Below are positions 17,506 through 27,358 of a stretch of 64,000 nt of DNA, one piece after another; within the stretch, counting starts at the first letter, position 1, and each line of letters begins with the position of its first letter. The stretch is from positions 121 to 64,120 of the IMG/VR virus record IMGVR_UViG_3300036857_000386. One strand, given 5' to 3'. Made by a program: the position numbers and the translations under genes. The notes beneath the pieces are model-generated. The model ran no database searches. It was not told the origin of the DNA and saw only the letters and a list, made by a program, of their open reading frames with translations. Origin of the DNA: a virus (lineage: Duplodnaviria; Caudoviricetes).

Positions 17506-17778
17506 ATGAACGACGATCGCAAAGTCATACCGTTACGCGCGCCGCGCAAGTCGAAGCCGCTGGTCGTGCTGCTCAACAGCGAGGCGACGCTGAAGCACAT
17601 CCGCGACGACATCCTCAGATACAAGGTCACCTACAAGGAGCTGGCCGAGAAGGCGCAGCTCGCCAACAGCACCGTCTCCAACATCGCCATCGGTCACACG
17701 CGTTTCCCCCGCCTGGAAACGATCATAAGGTTGCTGTCGGCGCTGGGCTGGACGATGCAGGCGGTGCGCGATGACTGA
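17506..17778 (+). CDS. XRE-family HTH regulator
   Basis: TYKELAEKAQLANSTVSNIAIGHTRFPRLETI. Confidence 0.85.
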   Translation: MNDDRKVIPLRAPRKSKPLVVLLNSEATLKHIRDDILRYKVTYKELAEKAQLANSTVSNIAIGHTRFPRLETIIRLLSALGWTMQAVRDD

Positions 17779-18076
17779 GCCGGTGGCGTGGCGGTGGCGA
17801 TTGCCTGATGAAGATAGGTGGCAATTCACGGATGGCCCAGAAAGACCGAACCTTGGCCTGCCCAAATCAACCGAGGCAAAGGCAATCAAAGAGCCTGTCT
17901 TCGCCGCCAGCGCCCTCGCGGCCGTCGTGAAAGAACGGGACGAGGCCATAAAGCGAGGCGATCATTGGAAGGCTGATGGCTGCGCTTGGGAAGATCGCGC
18001 CAAGGCGGCCGAAGCCCGCGCCGAGAAGGCAGAAAAAGAACGGGACGAGGCGCTTGCCACCATGAAGGTGCTTTGA
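17771..18076 (+). CDS. Hypothetical protein
   Basis: EPVAWRW start; coiled-coil tail. Confidence 0.65.
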   Translation: MTEPVAWRWRLPDEDRWQFTDGPERPNLGLPKSTEAKAIKEPVFAASALAAVVKERDEAIKRGDHWKADGCAWEDRAKAAEARAEKAEKERDEALATMKVL

Positions 18077-18258
18077 TGCAGGACACCATCTGGACAACGG
18101 CGGACGGCCGCCAGGTGCCGGTGTCGCTGATGACCGACAGCCACCTTCACAATTCGATCGCCAAGATCCTGCGGTCGAAGCGTGGCTGGCGGCGTCAGTA
18201 CCTCGACCGCCTGCTGCTGGAAGTGACGATCCGTTCGATCCGTGGGAGATCGACATGA
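18076..18258 (+). CDS. Hypothetical protein (WTTADG...MTDSHL)
   Basis: TGATG coupling. Confidence 0.65.
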   Translation: MQDTIWTTADGRQVPVSLMTDSHLHNSIAKILRSKRGWRRQYLDRLLLEVTIRSIRGRST

Positions 18259-18374
18259 TACCTGTGCAGGAAACGCCGACGCCGGAATTCTGGAAGAGCA
18301 TGGTGTGGATGGTGCCGACCAGCGTGCTGCTGTGGGCCGGCATCTGCTGGGCAATAGCGAGGTATGTGTGGTGA
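18255..18374 (+). CDS. 39-aa membrane peptide
   Basis: 4-nt overlaps on both sides; hydrophobic. Confidence 0.5.
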   Translation: MIPVQETPTPEFWKSMVWMVPTSVLLWAGICWAIARYVW

Positions 18375-19054
18375 AGCCGTTCGCTTGGTCGTGGTCGAGG
18401 CTCAAGAATTACAGGACCTGCCCGAAGCGGCACTGGGAGATCGACCTCCAGAAGAACTACACGGAGGACGAGAGCGAGCCGATCAAGTGGGGCCATGCCG
18501 TCCACGACGCCATGGCCAAGCGTATCGCCAAGGGCACGCCGCTGCCCGCCACCATGCAGCACTACAAGGACTGGCCGGAGCGTTTCGCCAGGCTCAAGGA
18601 GATCGACGGCATCGAGGTTCTGGTCGAGAACAAGCTGGCGATGTCGTCGGAGTTCGGGCCGACCAGCTTCTTCGACGGCAAGACATGGTTCCGCGGCGTC
18701 GTCGATGCCCTGGCCCTGCTTCTCCAGCACCGCGTCGCCATCGCCGTCGACTGGAAGACCGGACAGGTGCAGCCCGACTACGAGCAGCTCGGCCTGTTCG
18801 CGCAGCTGATCTTCGCGCGCTGGCCCGAGGTCGACCACGTCGCCACGATCTACGTATGGCTCGGCCATGACACCCACACGCTGAAGATCTATTCGCGCGA
18901 CGAGATGGTGCCGCTGTGGAACAAGGTGATGCCGGAGGTGAAGACGCTCGCCGAGGCATGGCGCACCACCACCTATCCGCCGAAGCCATCCGGCCTGTGC
19001 ATCAGGCATTGCCCGGTGACCTCGTGCCCGTACCATGGCAAGGGATCGCGATGA
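18371..19054 (+). CDS. PD-(D/E)XK (RecB/Cas4-like) exonuclease
   Basis: WSWSRL...CP, G..VH, VD...DWKTG, QL, C-terminal C..C....C. Confidence 0.85.
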   Translation: MKPFAWSWSRLKNYRTCPKRHWEIDLQKNYTEDESEPIKWGHAVHDAMAKRIAKGTPLPATMQHYKDWPERFARLKEIDGIEVLVENKLAMSSEFGPTSFFDGKTWFRGVVDALALLLQHRVAIAVDWKTGQVQPDYEQLGLFAQLIFARWPEVDHVATIYVWLGHDTHTLKIYSRDEMVPLWNKVMPEVKTLAEAWRTTTYPPKPSGLCIRHCPVTSCPYHGKGSR

Positions 19055-19245
19055 AAAACACCTGCGCTTCATGCCGCTACTATGAGCCCAACCACGGCGA
19101 GTGCAGGCTGCAGCCGCCAGTCAGGTTGCCACGCCGCTTCGCCGACGATGCCACCGCCGGCAACCGGGTCCGCGACGAAGAGGTGTTGTGGGGCTGGCCG
19201 AAGGTCAAGTCTAACGATTGGTGCGGACACTTTTCGCTTGAGTGA
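19051..19245 (+). CDS. Cys-rich small protein
   Basis: CASC...GECR..PP...WCGHF. Confidence 0.7.
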   Translation: MKNTCASCRYYEPNHGECRLQPPVRLPRRFADDATAGNRVRDEEVLWGWPKVKSNDWCGHFSLE

Positions 19246-19454
19246 TGAAGCTCGTAACCGTGTGGTGGACGATTGACTGCAACATGCTGGGTGTCGAGTG
19301 TGACTGCGGCACGCGCATCGCGTGGCCGTCGCGCATCAGCACGGTGATGTGTTTCGACTGCGGCCGCCAGGAGCTGTGGCATGACGTCTATCCACCTGGA
19401 AAACCTGGCGAAATTTTTTCTCTGCCGGTTATGCGAAACTGCTTGACCGCGTAA
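19242..19454 (+). CDS. Zn-ribbon small protein
   Basis: CDCG...CFDCG. Confidence 0.6.
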   Translation: MMKLVTVWWTIDCNMLGVECDCGTRIAWPSRISTVMCFDCGRQELWHDVYPPGKPGEIFSLPVMRNCLTA

Positions 19455-19471
19455 CACAAATGAATCATATA
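19443..19471 (+). promoter_or_regulatory. Sigma70-type promoter containing the GTAACACAA motif
   Basis: TTGACC-N17-CATATA. Confidence 0.6.
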
Positions 19472-19479
19472 GGACGTCG

Positions 19480-19836
19480 ATGAAGACGCCCGAATCAAAG
19501 GTCAAGACCAAGGTTCGGAAAATTCTCGCTCGCTACCCAAGCATGTATACGTACTGGCCGGTGCCGAGCGGATTTGGGCGGACAAACATCGACGTGATCG
19601 GCTGCTACAGGCGGCGCTTCTTCGGCATCGAGATCAAGGCCGACGGCAAGAAGCCGACGCTCAAGCAGACCATCGAGCTGGCCGCCATGGCCAGGGCGAT
19701 GGGCAAGACATTCGTGATCACCGGGCTTGAAGACCCGGCGATCGATGACCTCGTGCGCTGGCTCGACCAGCTGACGGAGACCGTTGCAGATGATCCTGAT
19801 ATCCCACGCGACACGGTCCGTCGTCGTCCAATATAG
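19480..19836 (+). CDS. VRR-NUC domain nuclease
   Basis: TPESKVK, D, GIEIKA..KKPT..Q. Confidence 0.85.
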   Translation: MKTPESKVKTKVRKILARYPSMYTYWPVPSGFGRTNIDVIGCYRRRFFGIEIKADGKKPTLKQTIELAAMARAMGKTFVITGLEDPAIDDLVRWLDQLTETVADDPDIPRDTVRRRPI

Positions 19837-21364
19837 GGCTGACATCGGGGCGCTGTTTCCGCACGGCAAGAGGTTCACCTGGAACGACAACGACATGCTG
19901 GCGCTGCCGCACGGCATCGACGAGACCCGGCTGCTCAGGAACTTCGACCTCAACGTGCCGGCGCCGATCGTCGAGCATTACCACTTCCCCTCCGCCGATG
20001 GCGCCAAGCCATTTGCCAAGCAGGTGCTGACCGCCGCCTCGATGGTCATGAACCCGAGGAGCTACGTGCTGAACGGCATGGGCACCGGCAAGACCAAGGC
20101 CTGCATATGGTCGTTCGACTATCTGAAGCGCGAGGCGCTGGTGAACCGCATGCTGGTGGTGGCGCCGCTGTCCACCCTGGAGTTCACATGGCTCAAGGAG
20201 ATCAGGCGCACCCTGCCGCACCTGCGCGTCGTGGTGCTGTCCGGCTCGGCCGACCGGAGACGACGCCTGCTCAAGGAGAACGCTGACATCTACGTCATCA
20301 ACCACGATGGCGTGAAGGTGATCTTCGACGAGCTGATGCAGCGTCTCGACATCGACGTGATCTGCTTCGACGAGGCCGCCGCCTATCGCAATGCCCGCGC
20401 CGAGCGCTCCAAGCTGGCCCGTAAATTGACGCTGCGCCGCAAGTATGTGTGGGCAATGACGGGTTCGCCGACGCCGTCGGCGCCGACCGATGCGTTCGGG
20501 CTGGCGTGGCTGGTGACGCCCGACACCGCGCCGCGCTCGTTCGTGTCGTTCCGTCACGAGACCATGCTGCAGGTCTCGCAGTTCCGCTGGATACCGCGCC
20601 GCGACTCCGTCGAGACGATCGCCGCGGTGCTGCAGCCTTCGGTGCGCTTCACGCTCGACGAGATCGTCGAGCTTCCTCCGGTCATCGAGCGCGAGATCGA
20701 GGTTGCGATCGGCCCCAGGCAGCGCGCCGCCTACGACGCGCTGCGGGACCATGCCGCAGCGCTGCTCAGAGAGGGGACCGTGACGGCAGCGAACGGCGGT
20801 GTGGTCTTCACCAAGATGCTGCAGGCCAGCATCGGCTGGGTATATGGGGACGAAGACAGGAAGATCATAGCGCTCGACAATCAGGCGCGCCTCGACGCGC
20901 TGCTCGACGTGATCGAGTCGGCCGAGCGCAAGGTCATCGTGTTTTCCCCATTCAAGTCGGCAACCGCCGGCATCTCCGCCACGCTGAAGAAGCACAATAT
21001 CGAGTTCGCCGAGGTGACCGGCGACACGCCGGCCGGCGAGCGCAACCAGATCTTCACGGCTTTCCAGGGCACCGAGAAATACAAGGTGCTCAACGCCCAC
21101 CCCGAATGCATGAGCCATGGGCTGACGCTGACTGCCGCCGACACCATCGTCTGGTTCGGCCCGGTCACCAAGCTGGAGGTGTTCGAGCAGGCCAACGCGC
21201 GCATCACCCGCGTCGGCCAGGCGCACAAGCAGCAGATCATCAAGCTGACCGGCACGCCCGCAGAGCGGCTGGTCTACCGCAGGCTCGCAGACAAGCACGA
21301 GCTGCAGGAGACCATCCTCGACATGCTGGCGGAGCTGGCGGGATATGGAGAGAACGGTGGCTGA
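19790..21364 (+). CDS. SNF2-family helicase
   Basis: MGTGKT, DEAA, MTGSP, HGLTL, QANARITRVGQ. Confidence 0.9.
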   Translation: MILISHATRSVVVQYRADIGALFPHGKRFTWNDNDMLALPHGIDETRLLRNFDLNVPAPIVEHYHFPSADGAKPFAKQVLTAASMVMNPRSYVLNGMGTGKTKACIWSFDYLKREALVNRMLVVAPLSTLEFTWLKEIRRTLPHLRVVVLSGSADRRRRLLKENADIYVINHDGVKVIFDELMQRLDIDVICFDEAAAYRNARAERSKLARKLTLRRKYVWAMTGSPTPSAPTDAFGLAWLVTPDTAPRSFVSFRHETMLQVSQFRWIPRRDSVETIAAVLQPSVRFTLDEIVELPPVIEREIEVAIGPRQRAAYDALRDHAAALLREGTVTAANGGVVFTKMLQASIGWVYGDEDRKIIALDNQARLDALLDVIESAERKVIVFSPFKSATAGISATLKKHNIEFAEVTGDTPAGERNQIFTAFQGTEKYKVLNAHPECMSHGLTLTAADTIVWFGPVTKLEVFEQANARITRVGQAHKQQIIKLTGTPAERLVYRRLADKHELQETILDMLAELAGYGENGG

Positions 21365-21635
21365 GATCAGGCTGACGAACAGACGGCGGCAGTGGCTGGA
21401 GAAGCTGCTCGACGGACCGGCGACGCGCAGCAAGGCCAACACCGCCTTCTACTGCATGCAGGCCGGCTGGAGCGAGTGGAACTACGTCGACGATGGCGGC
21501 ATGCCGATCACCGTCGAGCAGGCGAGGGAGCACTTCGGCTATCAATGGTGGAGGCTGGTGCGCATCGACGGCGAGCGCATCACCGAGCTGGGTCGGCAGG
21601 TGCTGGAGGGGGCTAAGCTTGGGCAAGCGCAGTGA
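21357..21635 (+). CDS. Hypothetical protein, paralog of 27359-27619
   Basis: YCMQAGWSEWNYVD; start uncertain (GTG 21357 or ATG 21345). Confidence 0.7.
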   Translation: MAEIRLTNRRRQWLEKLLDGPATRSKANTAFYCMQAGWSEWNYVDDGGMPITVEQAREHFGYQWWRLVRIDGERITELGRQVLEGAKLGQAQ

Positions 21636-22536
21636 TTTCCCGCGTCGTCCGCACGACGACTACCAGACCATCGACCCCAAGGCGCTGGCGCGGCTGCTGC
21701 CGTTCCTGAAGCGCGACGGCATCGAGAGCTTCGCCGAGCCGTGCATAGGCGAGGGGCATCTGGCGACCGCGCTGACCGATCTCGGCTTCCACTGCGTGCT
21801 CGGCTCCGACATCAAGGGTGGCATCGACGCGCTGCTGCTGATCGATTTCAATGGCGCCGACGCGATCATCACCAACCCGCCATGGACGCGGGCCGTGCTG
21901 CACCCGATGATCGAGCACTTCCTCGCCCATGCGCCGGTCACCTGGCTGCTGTTCGACAGCGACTGGGCGCACAACGTCCAGGCCGCGCCGTACCTCAGGT
22001 ACTGCTCCGACATCGTCGCCGTGGGGCGGCTCAAATGGTTCAACGGCACGGCCGGCAAGGACAACGCCAGCTGGTATCGGTTCGCTACCGACTGGCAAGG
22101 GAGTGAACCTCGGTTTCACGGTAGGGAGATAAGCATGAACGCACCAATAGAAATGAAGCCCGCGCAGCTGGTGACCGAGTTCATCCAGCTGCGCGATGCC
22201 AAGAAGCAGTTCGAGGAGCTGTGCGCCGAGAAGGCCAACGAGCTTTACGTCACCCGCATGAACGAGATCGAGGGGCAGCTGCTCGAACTGCTCAACAAGC
22301 TCGGCGTCGAATCGATCGCCGGCAAGGGCGGCATCGCCTACAAGAAAGTCTCGACCTCGGTTACCGTCGCCGACATGCGTGAGTTCAGGCGGCACGTGAT
22401 CGGCACAGAGAACTGGGACCTCGCCGACTGGAAGGCCAATAAGACCGTCGTCAACGAGATGGTCGAGGCAGGCGGCGAGATCCCGCCAGGCGTCAACCGA
22501 ACAAGTTTCATCTCAGTTGGAATCAGGAGGAAATAG
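21619..22536 (+). CDS. Amino-DNA (N6A/N4C) methyltransferase running in frame into a second conserved phage protein (internal ATG 22135)
   Basis: Motif I EPCIGEG, motif IV ITNPPW; TTG start with GGAGG; no stop before MNAPIEM, which has its own AGGGAG RBS. Confidence 0.75.
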   Translation: MGKRSDFPRRPHDDYQTIDPKALARLLPFLKRDGIESFAEPCIGEGHLATALTDLGFHCVLGSDIKGGIDALLLIDFNGADAIITNPPWTRAVLHPMIEHFLAHAPVTWLLFDSDWAHNVQAAPYLRYCSDIVAVGRLKWFNGTAGKDNASWYRFATDWQGSEPRFHGREISMNAPIEMKPAQLVTEFIQLRDAKKQFEELCAEKANELYVTRMNEIEGQLLELLNKLGVESIAGKGGIAYKKVSTSVTVADMREFRRHVIGTENWDLADWKANKTVVNEMVEAGGEIPPGVNRTSFISVGIRRK

Positions 22537-22538
22537 AA

Positions 22539-23933
22539 ATGACCAATCAAATTGTCGGCCCGCTCGCCAACCGGGTCGCACAGCTGCCTGAATCGATGCG
22601 CCGCCGCATGGCGGAGAAGGCTGGCAACAGGGCGTTCGCGTCCAACCTCGCCGCCAGCTACCCGATGCTGTCGATCATGGGCAAGGAGTTCTCCATCCGC
22701 ATGCCCGACGGCAGGAAGCAGCGCATCGAGAATGAGCAGGGCTTCGCAGCCCAGTACCTCGACGTCGTGCTGGTCGATGCCTCGACGCAGCTCGCCAAGA
22801 ACTACTACGAGAGCGGCTTCGACCCCAAGGCCAAGGAGTTCCTGCCGCCCGACTGCTGGTCGCTCGACGCGGTCAAGCCTGATCCGTCCTCGGCGGCGCT
22901 GCAGGCCGGCAAGACCGGACCAGTGTGCGCGACGTGCTGGGCCAATGCGTTCGGCTCGGCGATCACCGACACCGGCAAGAAGGCCAAGGCCTGCCAGGAC
23001 CATCGCCGCGTCGTCATCATGTTCCCGCACCAGATCGGCGACGACCGCGTGCAGCCGCTGATGATGCGCGTGCCGCAGTCGTCGCTGAAGAACCTGCGCG
23101 GACATGCCGATCACATGGACCGCTACGGCCTCGACGTCAGGGCGATCGTGACGCGCATGTCGTTCGCCACCGAGCCGTTCCCCAAGCTGGTCTTCGACTA
23201 CACCGAGAAGGTGCTCGACGAGGTCCAATACGACTGGGTGCTGGAGCTGGCGGAGTCGCAGATGGTCAAGGGCATGATCGCCACGCCCGACTTCGACAAC
23301 ACCGTGTCGCCCGAGCAGGACACCATGACCCGCGAGAAGCCGCGCCCGCAGCCGGTCGGCACCGCGCCGTCGGGCTTCAGCGCGCCGGTTGGCGAGGAGG
23401 AAGAGAACGAGGAGGTCGTCAAGGTGCCGCCGGTCCTGCAACGCGGTCCGGTCGAAACGCAACAAAAACCTGCCGAAACGCAACAAAAACCTGCCGAAAC
23501 GCAACAGGCGTCCAACCTGATGCAGCTCGCCGACGGCAAGTGGATCGACAGGGACACCGGCCAGTATGTCGAGGCGCCGGCACCCAAGGCGCCGCCCAAG
23601 GAAAAGGTGCTCAAGGCAGGCCTGATGAAGCTCGCCGACGGCAAGTTCGTCGACATGAAGACCGGCCATTACATCGACGATCCCTACGAGGAAGAGGCTC
23701 CGGCTGCAGAGGTGCAGGCCGAGGCTCCTGCTCCGGCACCCAAGCGGCAGCGCGCTCCCCGCAAGCCGAAGCCCGAGCAGCAGGCCGCGCAGGCACAGGC
23801 CGCCGAGCCGGAGATAATTCCTCCCGCTGCCGAGAAGCCGGCCGATAAACCGGCTGTGAAGAACGGCAACGGCAGCGTCACCCCGGCACCGGCGGCGCTC
23901 GACGCGGTGCTGAAAGGGCTCCTCAATACGTAA
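22539..23933 (+). CDS. Putative ssDNA-binding or replication accessory protein with Cys motif and long low-complexity tail
   Basis: DCWS...CATC..N..GS...KAC; position between helicase and primase. Confidence 0.6.
   Translation: MTNQIVGPLANRVAQLPESMRRRMAEKAGNRAFASNLAASYPMLSIMGKEFSIRMPDGRKQRIENEQGFAAQYLDVVLVDASTQLAKNYYESGFDPKAKEFLPPDCWSLDAVKPDPSSAALQAGKTGPVCATCWANAFGSAITDTGKKAKACQDHRRVVIMFPHQIGDDRVQPLMMRVPQSSLKNLRGHADHMDRYGLDVRAIVTRMSFATEPFPKLVFDYTEKVLDEVQYDWVLELAESQMVKGMIATPDFDNTVSPEQDTMTREKPRPQPVGTAPSGFSAPVGEEEENEEVVKVPPVLQRGPVETQQKPAETQQKPAETQQASNLMQLADGKWIDRDTGQYVEAPAPKAPPKEKVLKAGLMKLADGKFVDMKTGHYIDDPYEEEAPAAEVQAEAPAPAPKRQRAPRKPKPEQQAAQAQAAEPEIIPPAAEKPADKPAVKNGNGSVTPAPAALDAVLKGLLNT
23453..23506 (+). 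repeat. Perfect 21-bp tandem repeat (~2.6 copies; ETQQKPA)
   Basis: CGAAACGCAACAAAAACCTGC twice plus a partial copy. Confidence 0.9.
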
Positions 23934-23944
23934 CGCAACGCGAT

Positions 23945-23982
23945 TTGCCAAAGGGTGGAAGGCGGGGCTATGCTCCGCCTTC
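23945..23982 (+). promoter_or_regulatory. Promoter-like TTGCCA...TATGCT overlapped by an 11-bp hairpin upstream of the primase
   Basis: GAAGGCGGGGC-TAT-GCTCCGCCTTC at 23958-23982. Confidence 0.45.
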
Positions 23983-24017
23983 ACATTTGTTAGATCTGAT
24001 GTCACCGGGGATGACTG

Positions 24018-26954
24018 ATGTTCACGACGGAAGAACAGCAGGAAATTCAAATATTTCTGGCACTTTTATTCCCTTGGGGCACAGCCGACAAAGACCTTTG
24101 GAAATCCGTCACATGGACGTTCGTCAACAAGGAGGGCAACGTCGGCTACGCCAGCTACGCCGCCCAGTCCTTGCAGGACCTTACCCGGCTCATCGATACA
24201 CGCGCCAATAGGCCCTTCGCCAACCTCTATGTGGCGCTCGGCACACAGCGTGTGGCACTCCCCGAGACCAAGACCTCCGACGGCTTCCCCAAGGCGAGCC
24301 GCGTCCAGAAAAACATCGTCTCGCTGAGGTCGCTGTTCATGGATATCGACGTCGGCAAGGCCGGCGCCTACGCCACCACGGCCGACGCACGCAGCGCGGT
24401 CAGGGACTTCTGCGACAAGACCGGCATGGTCGCGCCGACCATGGAGATCATGTCGGGCTCCGGCGGACTGCACGTCTACTGGTGCTTCGATCACCCGGTG
24501 CCCTACGACGACTGGAAGCCTCTTGCCGCGGCGCTGCAAGCGGCTGGGCTGCGCTACGAGCTGAAGTTCGACCCGCAGGTCACCGTCGACGGCTGCCGAA
24601 TTCTACGTGTGCCTAACACCTTCAACCACAAGGGCTCGGAAAAGAAGAAGGTGGTCATGCTGCGCAACGCGGAGAACCATTTCCCGCGTTACAGCTACGA
24701 TCAGATGCGCGGCGTGCTGGCGCAGTGGACGACGATCGAGCCGCCGTCGCGTGCCGCTCAGGCGGGACCGAATCAGCAACGCAGCAAGAACGAAAGCTTC
24801 AAGGGCGGCATGGATACCGCGCCGCCGCTGTCGATCGACGACGTGGCGGTCAACTGCCCGACCATCGACGACATCCTGCAGCGCGGCGGCAACGGCGATT
24901 CGGAGCCGCTGTGGAACCTGGCGCTGCTCGCCGCCTCGTTCACCGAGGACGCCTTCGATGCCGGCCACCGGCTCTCCAACCGGGATCCGCGCTACACCAA
25001 GGACGGCACCAACAAGAAGCTGCACGAGAAGATCAACGCCCGTGCCAACAATCCGTCGATCGGCTGGCCGCGCTGCGCCCAGTTCGCGGCGCTGCATCCG
25101 GCCTGCAAGACCTGCCCCTTGCTCGTCCAGGACAAAACGCCGTTCCACCATGCGCAGCGCATCTACAACAAGCCCGCCGAGGAGATTATCAAGGAGTTCA
25201 CCGCGACCAGCGGCGACCCGCTGATGCCGCCGCACTACTGGCGCAACAAGATCGGCCACGTGCTGACCACGATGACCGACAAGCAGGGCCTGCCCTATAC
25301 CGTCACGGTGATCAACTATCCGATCGTCGACGCCGGCCTCGACCGCGACGACCCTGCGACGATACGTTTCGAGGCGGTGATCTCCGACGAGAAGCACTGG
25401 TGCGAGGTCGACGTCGGCGGCAACGTCCATCCCAACCAGATGGCGGCGGCGCTGATCAAGAACGGCCTGGCAATCGAGCCGACGTCACACAAAGCAGCGA
25501 GGGATTTTTTCGTGGCCTGGGTTTCGCATCTGCAGAATATCAGGCGCTACAGCAATCAGAGCGCCTATGGCTGGAGCGCCGACGGCAAGACGTTCGCCTA
25601 CGACGACAAGCTGTTTAGGTCCAACGGCAAGACCGACATGGTCTTCCGCGGCCGTCATCACAACCAATATTTCACCAATGTCGGCGACCTCAAGCCCTGG
25701 CAGGACGCCATGCGGCTGATCGCCGGCAACATGCCGCTCGAAGTGCTGGTCGCCTCGGCCTTCGCGGCGCCGCTGGTCGAGCTGGTCGGCTCGTCGTCGC
25801 TGGTATTGTCGGTGTTCTCGAAGCTGTCCGGCATCGGCAAGACCACGGCGATGTCGATCGCCCAGGCAGTGTGGGGCCATCCGCGCGCCGGCATGCACGC
25901 GCTGTTCGACACCTCCAACGCCATGATGAAGAAGCTCGGCGACCTGAAGTCCCTGCCGGTTTATTGGGACGAGCTGCGCACCAGGGACCAGCTCGAAAAG
26001 GTCATCGAGATCATCTTCCAGGTGACGCAGGGCAAGGGCAAATCCCGCCTCAACCGAGATACAACTGCAGCCGATGTGGCGGTGTTCTCGACCATGTTCG
26101 TGATCGCCTCCAACCATGGCGTCGGCGATACCGTCTACAGTCAGACCGAGCAGACCGAGGCCGGGGGCCTGAGGCTGTTCGAGATCCAGGCGTGGGGACT
26201 GGCGGCGACGATGAGCAGCTACGATGCACAGCAGCGCATCATCGCGCTGCAGAACAACTACGGCGTCGCCGGCATGATGTATGCCGAGAAGCTGGCGCAG
26301 AACCGCGACGCCGTGATCAAGGCGCTGAAGACGGTCTCCGAGCAACTGCAGGCACACCACAAGTTCGAATCGAAGGAGCGCTTCTGGCTGATGACGGCGA
26401 CGGTGCTCTTGGTCGGCGCAGGGCTCGCCAATCACTGGGGCATCGCCAGCTTCGATCTCGACAGGCTGCGCAGCTATCTCGACGCTGCGATCGATGATCA
26501 ACGTGGCGAGATGAAGACCCAGGAATTCGCCACGATGGCGGCGACCCAGGACGTGGTCTCGCTGATGCACGAGATCATGTCGGACGCCCGCCCCAGGAAC
26601 CTGATCATGACCGAGACCATACCATTCAGGCAGATCGGGCAGCCGGCGCCGCTCAAGCTGGTCGACACCGACATGTCGAAGGTCGACAATCCATGCATAT
26701 GGGCCGGCGAGAAGGACGGCCGCATCCGCACCAAGGTGCGCTATTTCAACGACGTGCTGCGCAAGCGGCACCTCAATCCGCGCCAGGTTCTCGACTCGCT
26801 CAGGGGCCACTACGCCATCGTGCAGTCGAAGCAGACGATCGGCGCCGGCGTGGTCGGGATCGACGCGCTGGCACGCTTCGGGCGCTCCGAATGCTACGAC
26901 TTCACGCCGCTCACCCCTCCCTCTCCCAGCCCCGATTCCGATGAACAGAGCTGA
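24018..26954 (+). CDS. Primase-helicase (AEP/RepB-type primase plus DUF927-like helicase)
   Basis: DID, SGSGGLHVYW, RILRVP; Walker A SGIGKTT; DE. Confidence 0.85.
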   Translation: MFTTEEQQEIQIFLALLFPWGTADKDLWKSVTWTFVNKEGNVGYASYAAQSLQDLTRLIDTRANRPFANLYVALGTQRVALPETKTSDGFPKASRVQKNIVSLRSLFMDIDVGKAGAYATTADARSAVRDFCDKTGMVAPTMEIMSGSGGLHVYWCFDHPVPYDDWKPLAAALQAAGLRYELKFDPQVTVDGCRILRVPNTFNHKGSEKKKVVMLRNAENHFPRYSYDQMRGVLAQWTTIEPPSRAAQAGPNQQRSKNESFKGGMDTAPPLSIDDVAVNCPTIDDILQRGGNGDSEPLWNLALLAASFTEDAFDAGHRLSNRDPRYTKDGTNKKLHEKINARANNPSIGWPRCAQFAALHPACKTCPLLVQDKTPFHHAQRIYNKPAEEIIKEFTATSGDPLMPPHYWRNKIGHVLTTMTDKQGLPYTVTVINYPIVDAGLDRDDPATIRFEAVISDEKHWCEVDVGGNVHPNQMAAALIKNGLAIEPTSHKAARDFFVAWVSHLQNIRRYSNQSAYGWSADGKTFAYDDKLFRSNGKTDMVFRGRHHNQYFTNVGDLKPWQDAMRLIAGNMPLEVLVASAFAAPLVELVGSSSLVLSVFSKLSGIGKTTAMSIAQAVWGHPRAGMHALFDTSNAMMKKLGDLKSLPVYWDELRTRDQLEKVIEIIFQVTQGKGKSRLNRDTTAADVAVFSTMFVIASNHGVGDTVYSQTEQTEAGGLRLFEIQAWGLAATMSSYDAQQRIIALQNNYGVAGMMYAEKLAQNRDAVIKALKTVSEQLQAHHKFESKERFWLMTATVLLVGAGLANHWGIASFDLDRLRSYLDAAIDDQRGEMKTQEFATMAATQDVVSLMHEIMSDARPRNLIMTETIPFRQIGQPAPLKLVDTDMSKVDNPCIWAGEKDGRIRTKVRYFNDVLRKRHLNPRQVLDSLRGHYAIVQSKQTIGAGVVGIDALARFGRSECYDFTPLTPPSPSPDSDEQS

Positions 26955-27153
26955 CGGCAAGGTTCTTCTTGCCGTTGGAGCCGCCGTTTCTCAGCGCCTT
27001 CTTGTGGTGGACGTCCTTGCCGTCGAGCGCGGCCTTGCCCAGGCTCCTGGCCATCTCGGCGCGGGCCGCGTTGCGCTTGGCGCGCTTGGCGATCTCGGCG
27101 GGTTTCCCGTGAAACCTGGCATACTCGGCCTTATAGTCGCGCGGCTTAGCCAT
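26911..27153 (-). CDS. Small HNH protein
   Basis: RDYKAEY...GKDVHH...GGSN...NL....NR. Confidence 0.75.
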   Translation of the reverse strand: MAKPRDYKAEYARFHGKPAEIAKRAKRNAARAEMARSLGKAALDGKDVHHKKALRNGGSNGKKNLAVSSVHRNRGWEREG

Positions 27154-27355
27154 CGCTCTTCTCCAGCTCGCCACTGTGCTTGACCATCGCCTCGATGAGC
27201 GCCACCAGCGTATCGGCGACTTTATGCCATGCCTCTGCTGCATCGAGCGAGATGTTCTCGCCGGGCTCGTAGAGCGCACCGCGCGCGACGCTGGTGCGGG
27301 CCGCCTGCTCCAGCCTGGAGCCCAGCGCGATGACGATCTGATCCCTGTCCTTCAT
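27146..27355 (-). CDS. Hypothetical protein
   Basis: GGGAG RBS; tight packing. Confidence 0.6.
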   Translation of the reverse strand: MKDRDQIVIALGSRLEQAARTSVARGALYEPGENISLDAAEAWHKVADTLVALIEAMVKHSGELEKSDG

Positions 27356-27358
27356 GGA

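Noticed and set aside
17330-17509. 59-aa ORF bridging polA and the XRE gene with ATGA overlap
   Set aside because: Codon usage is atypical and there are no motifs; left uncalled
18371-19054. Cas4 as evidence of a CRISPR system
   Set aside because: Stand-alone PD-(D/E)XK nuclease in the replication module, common in phages
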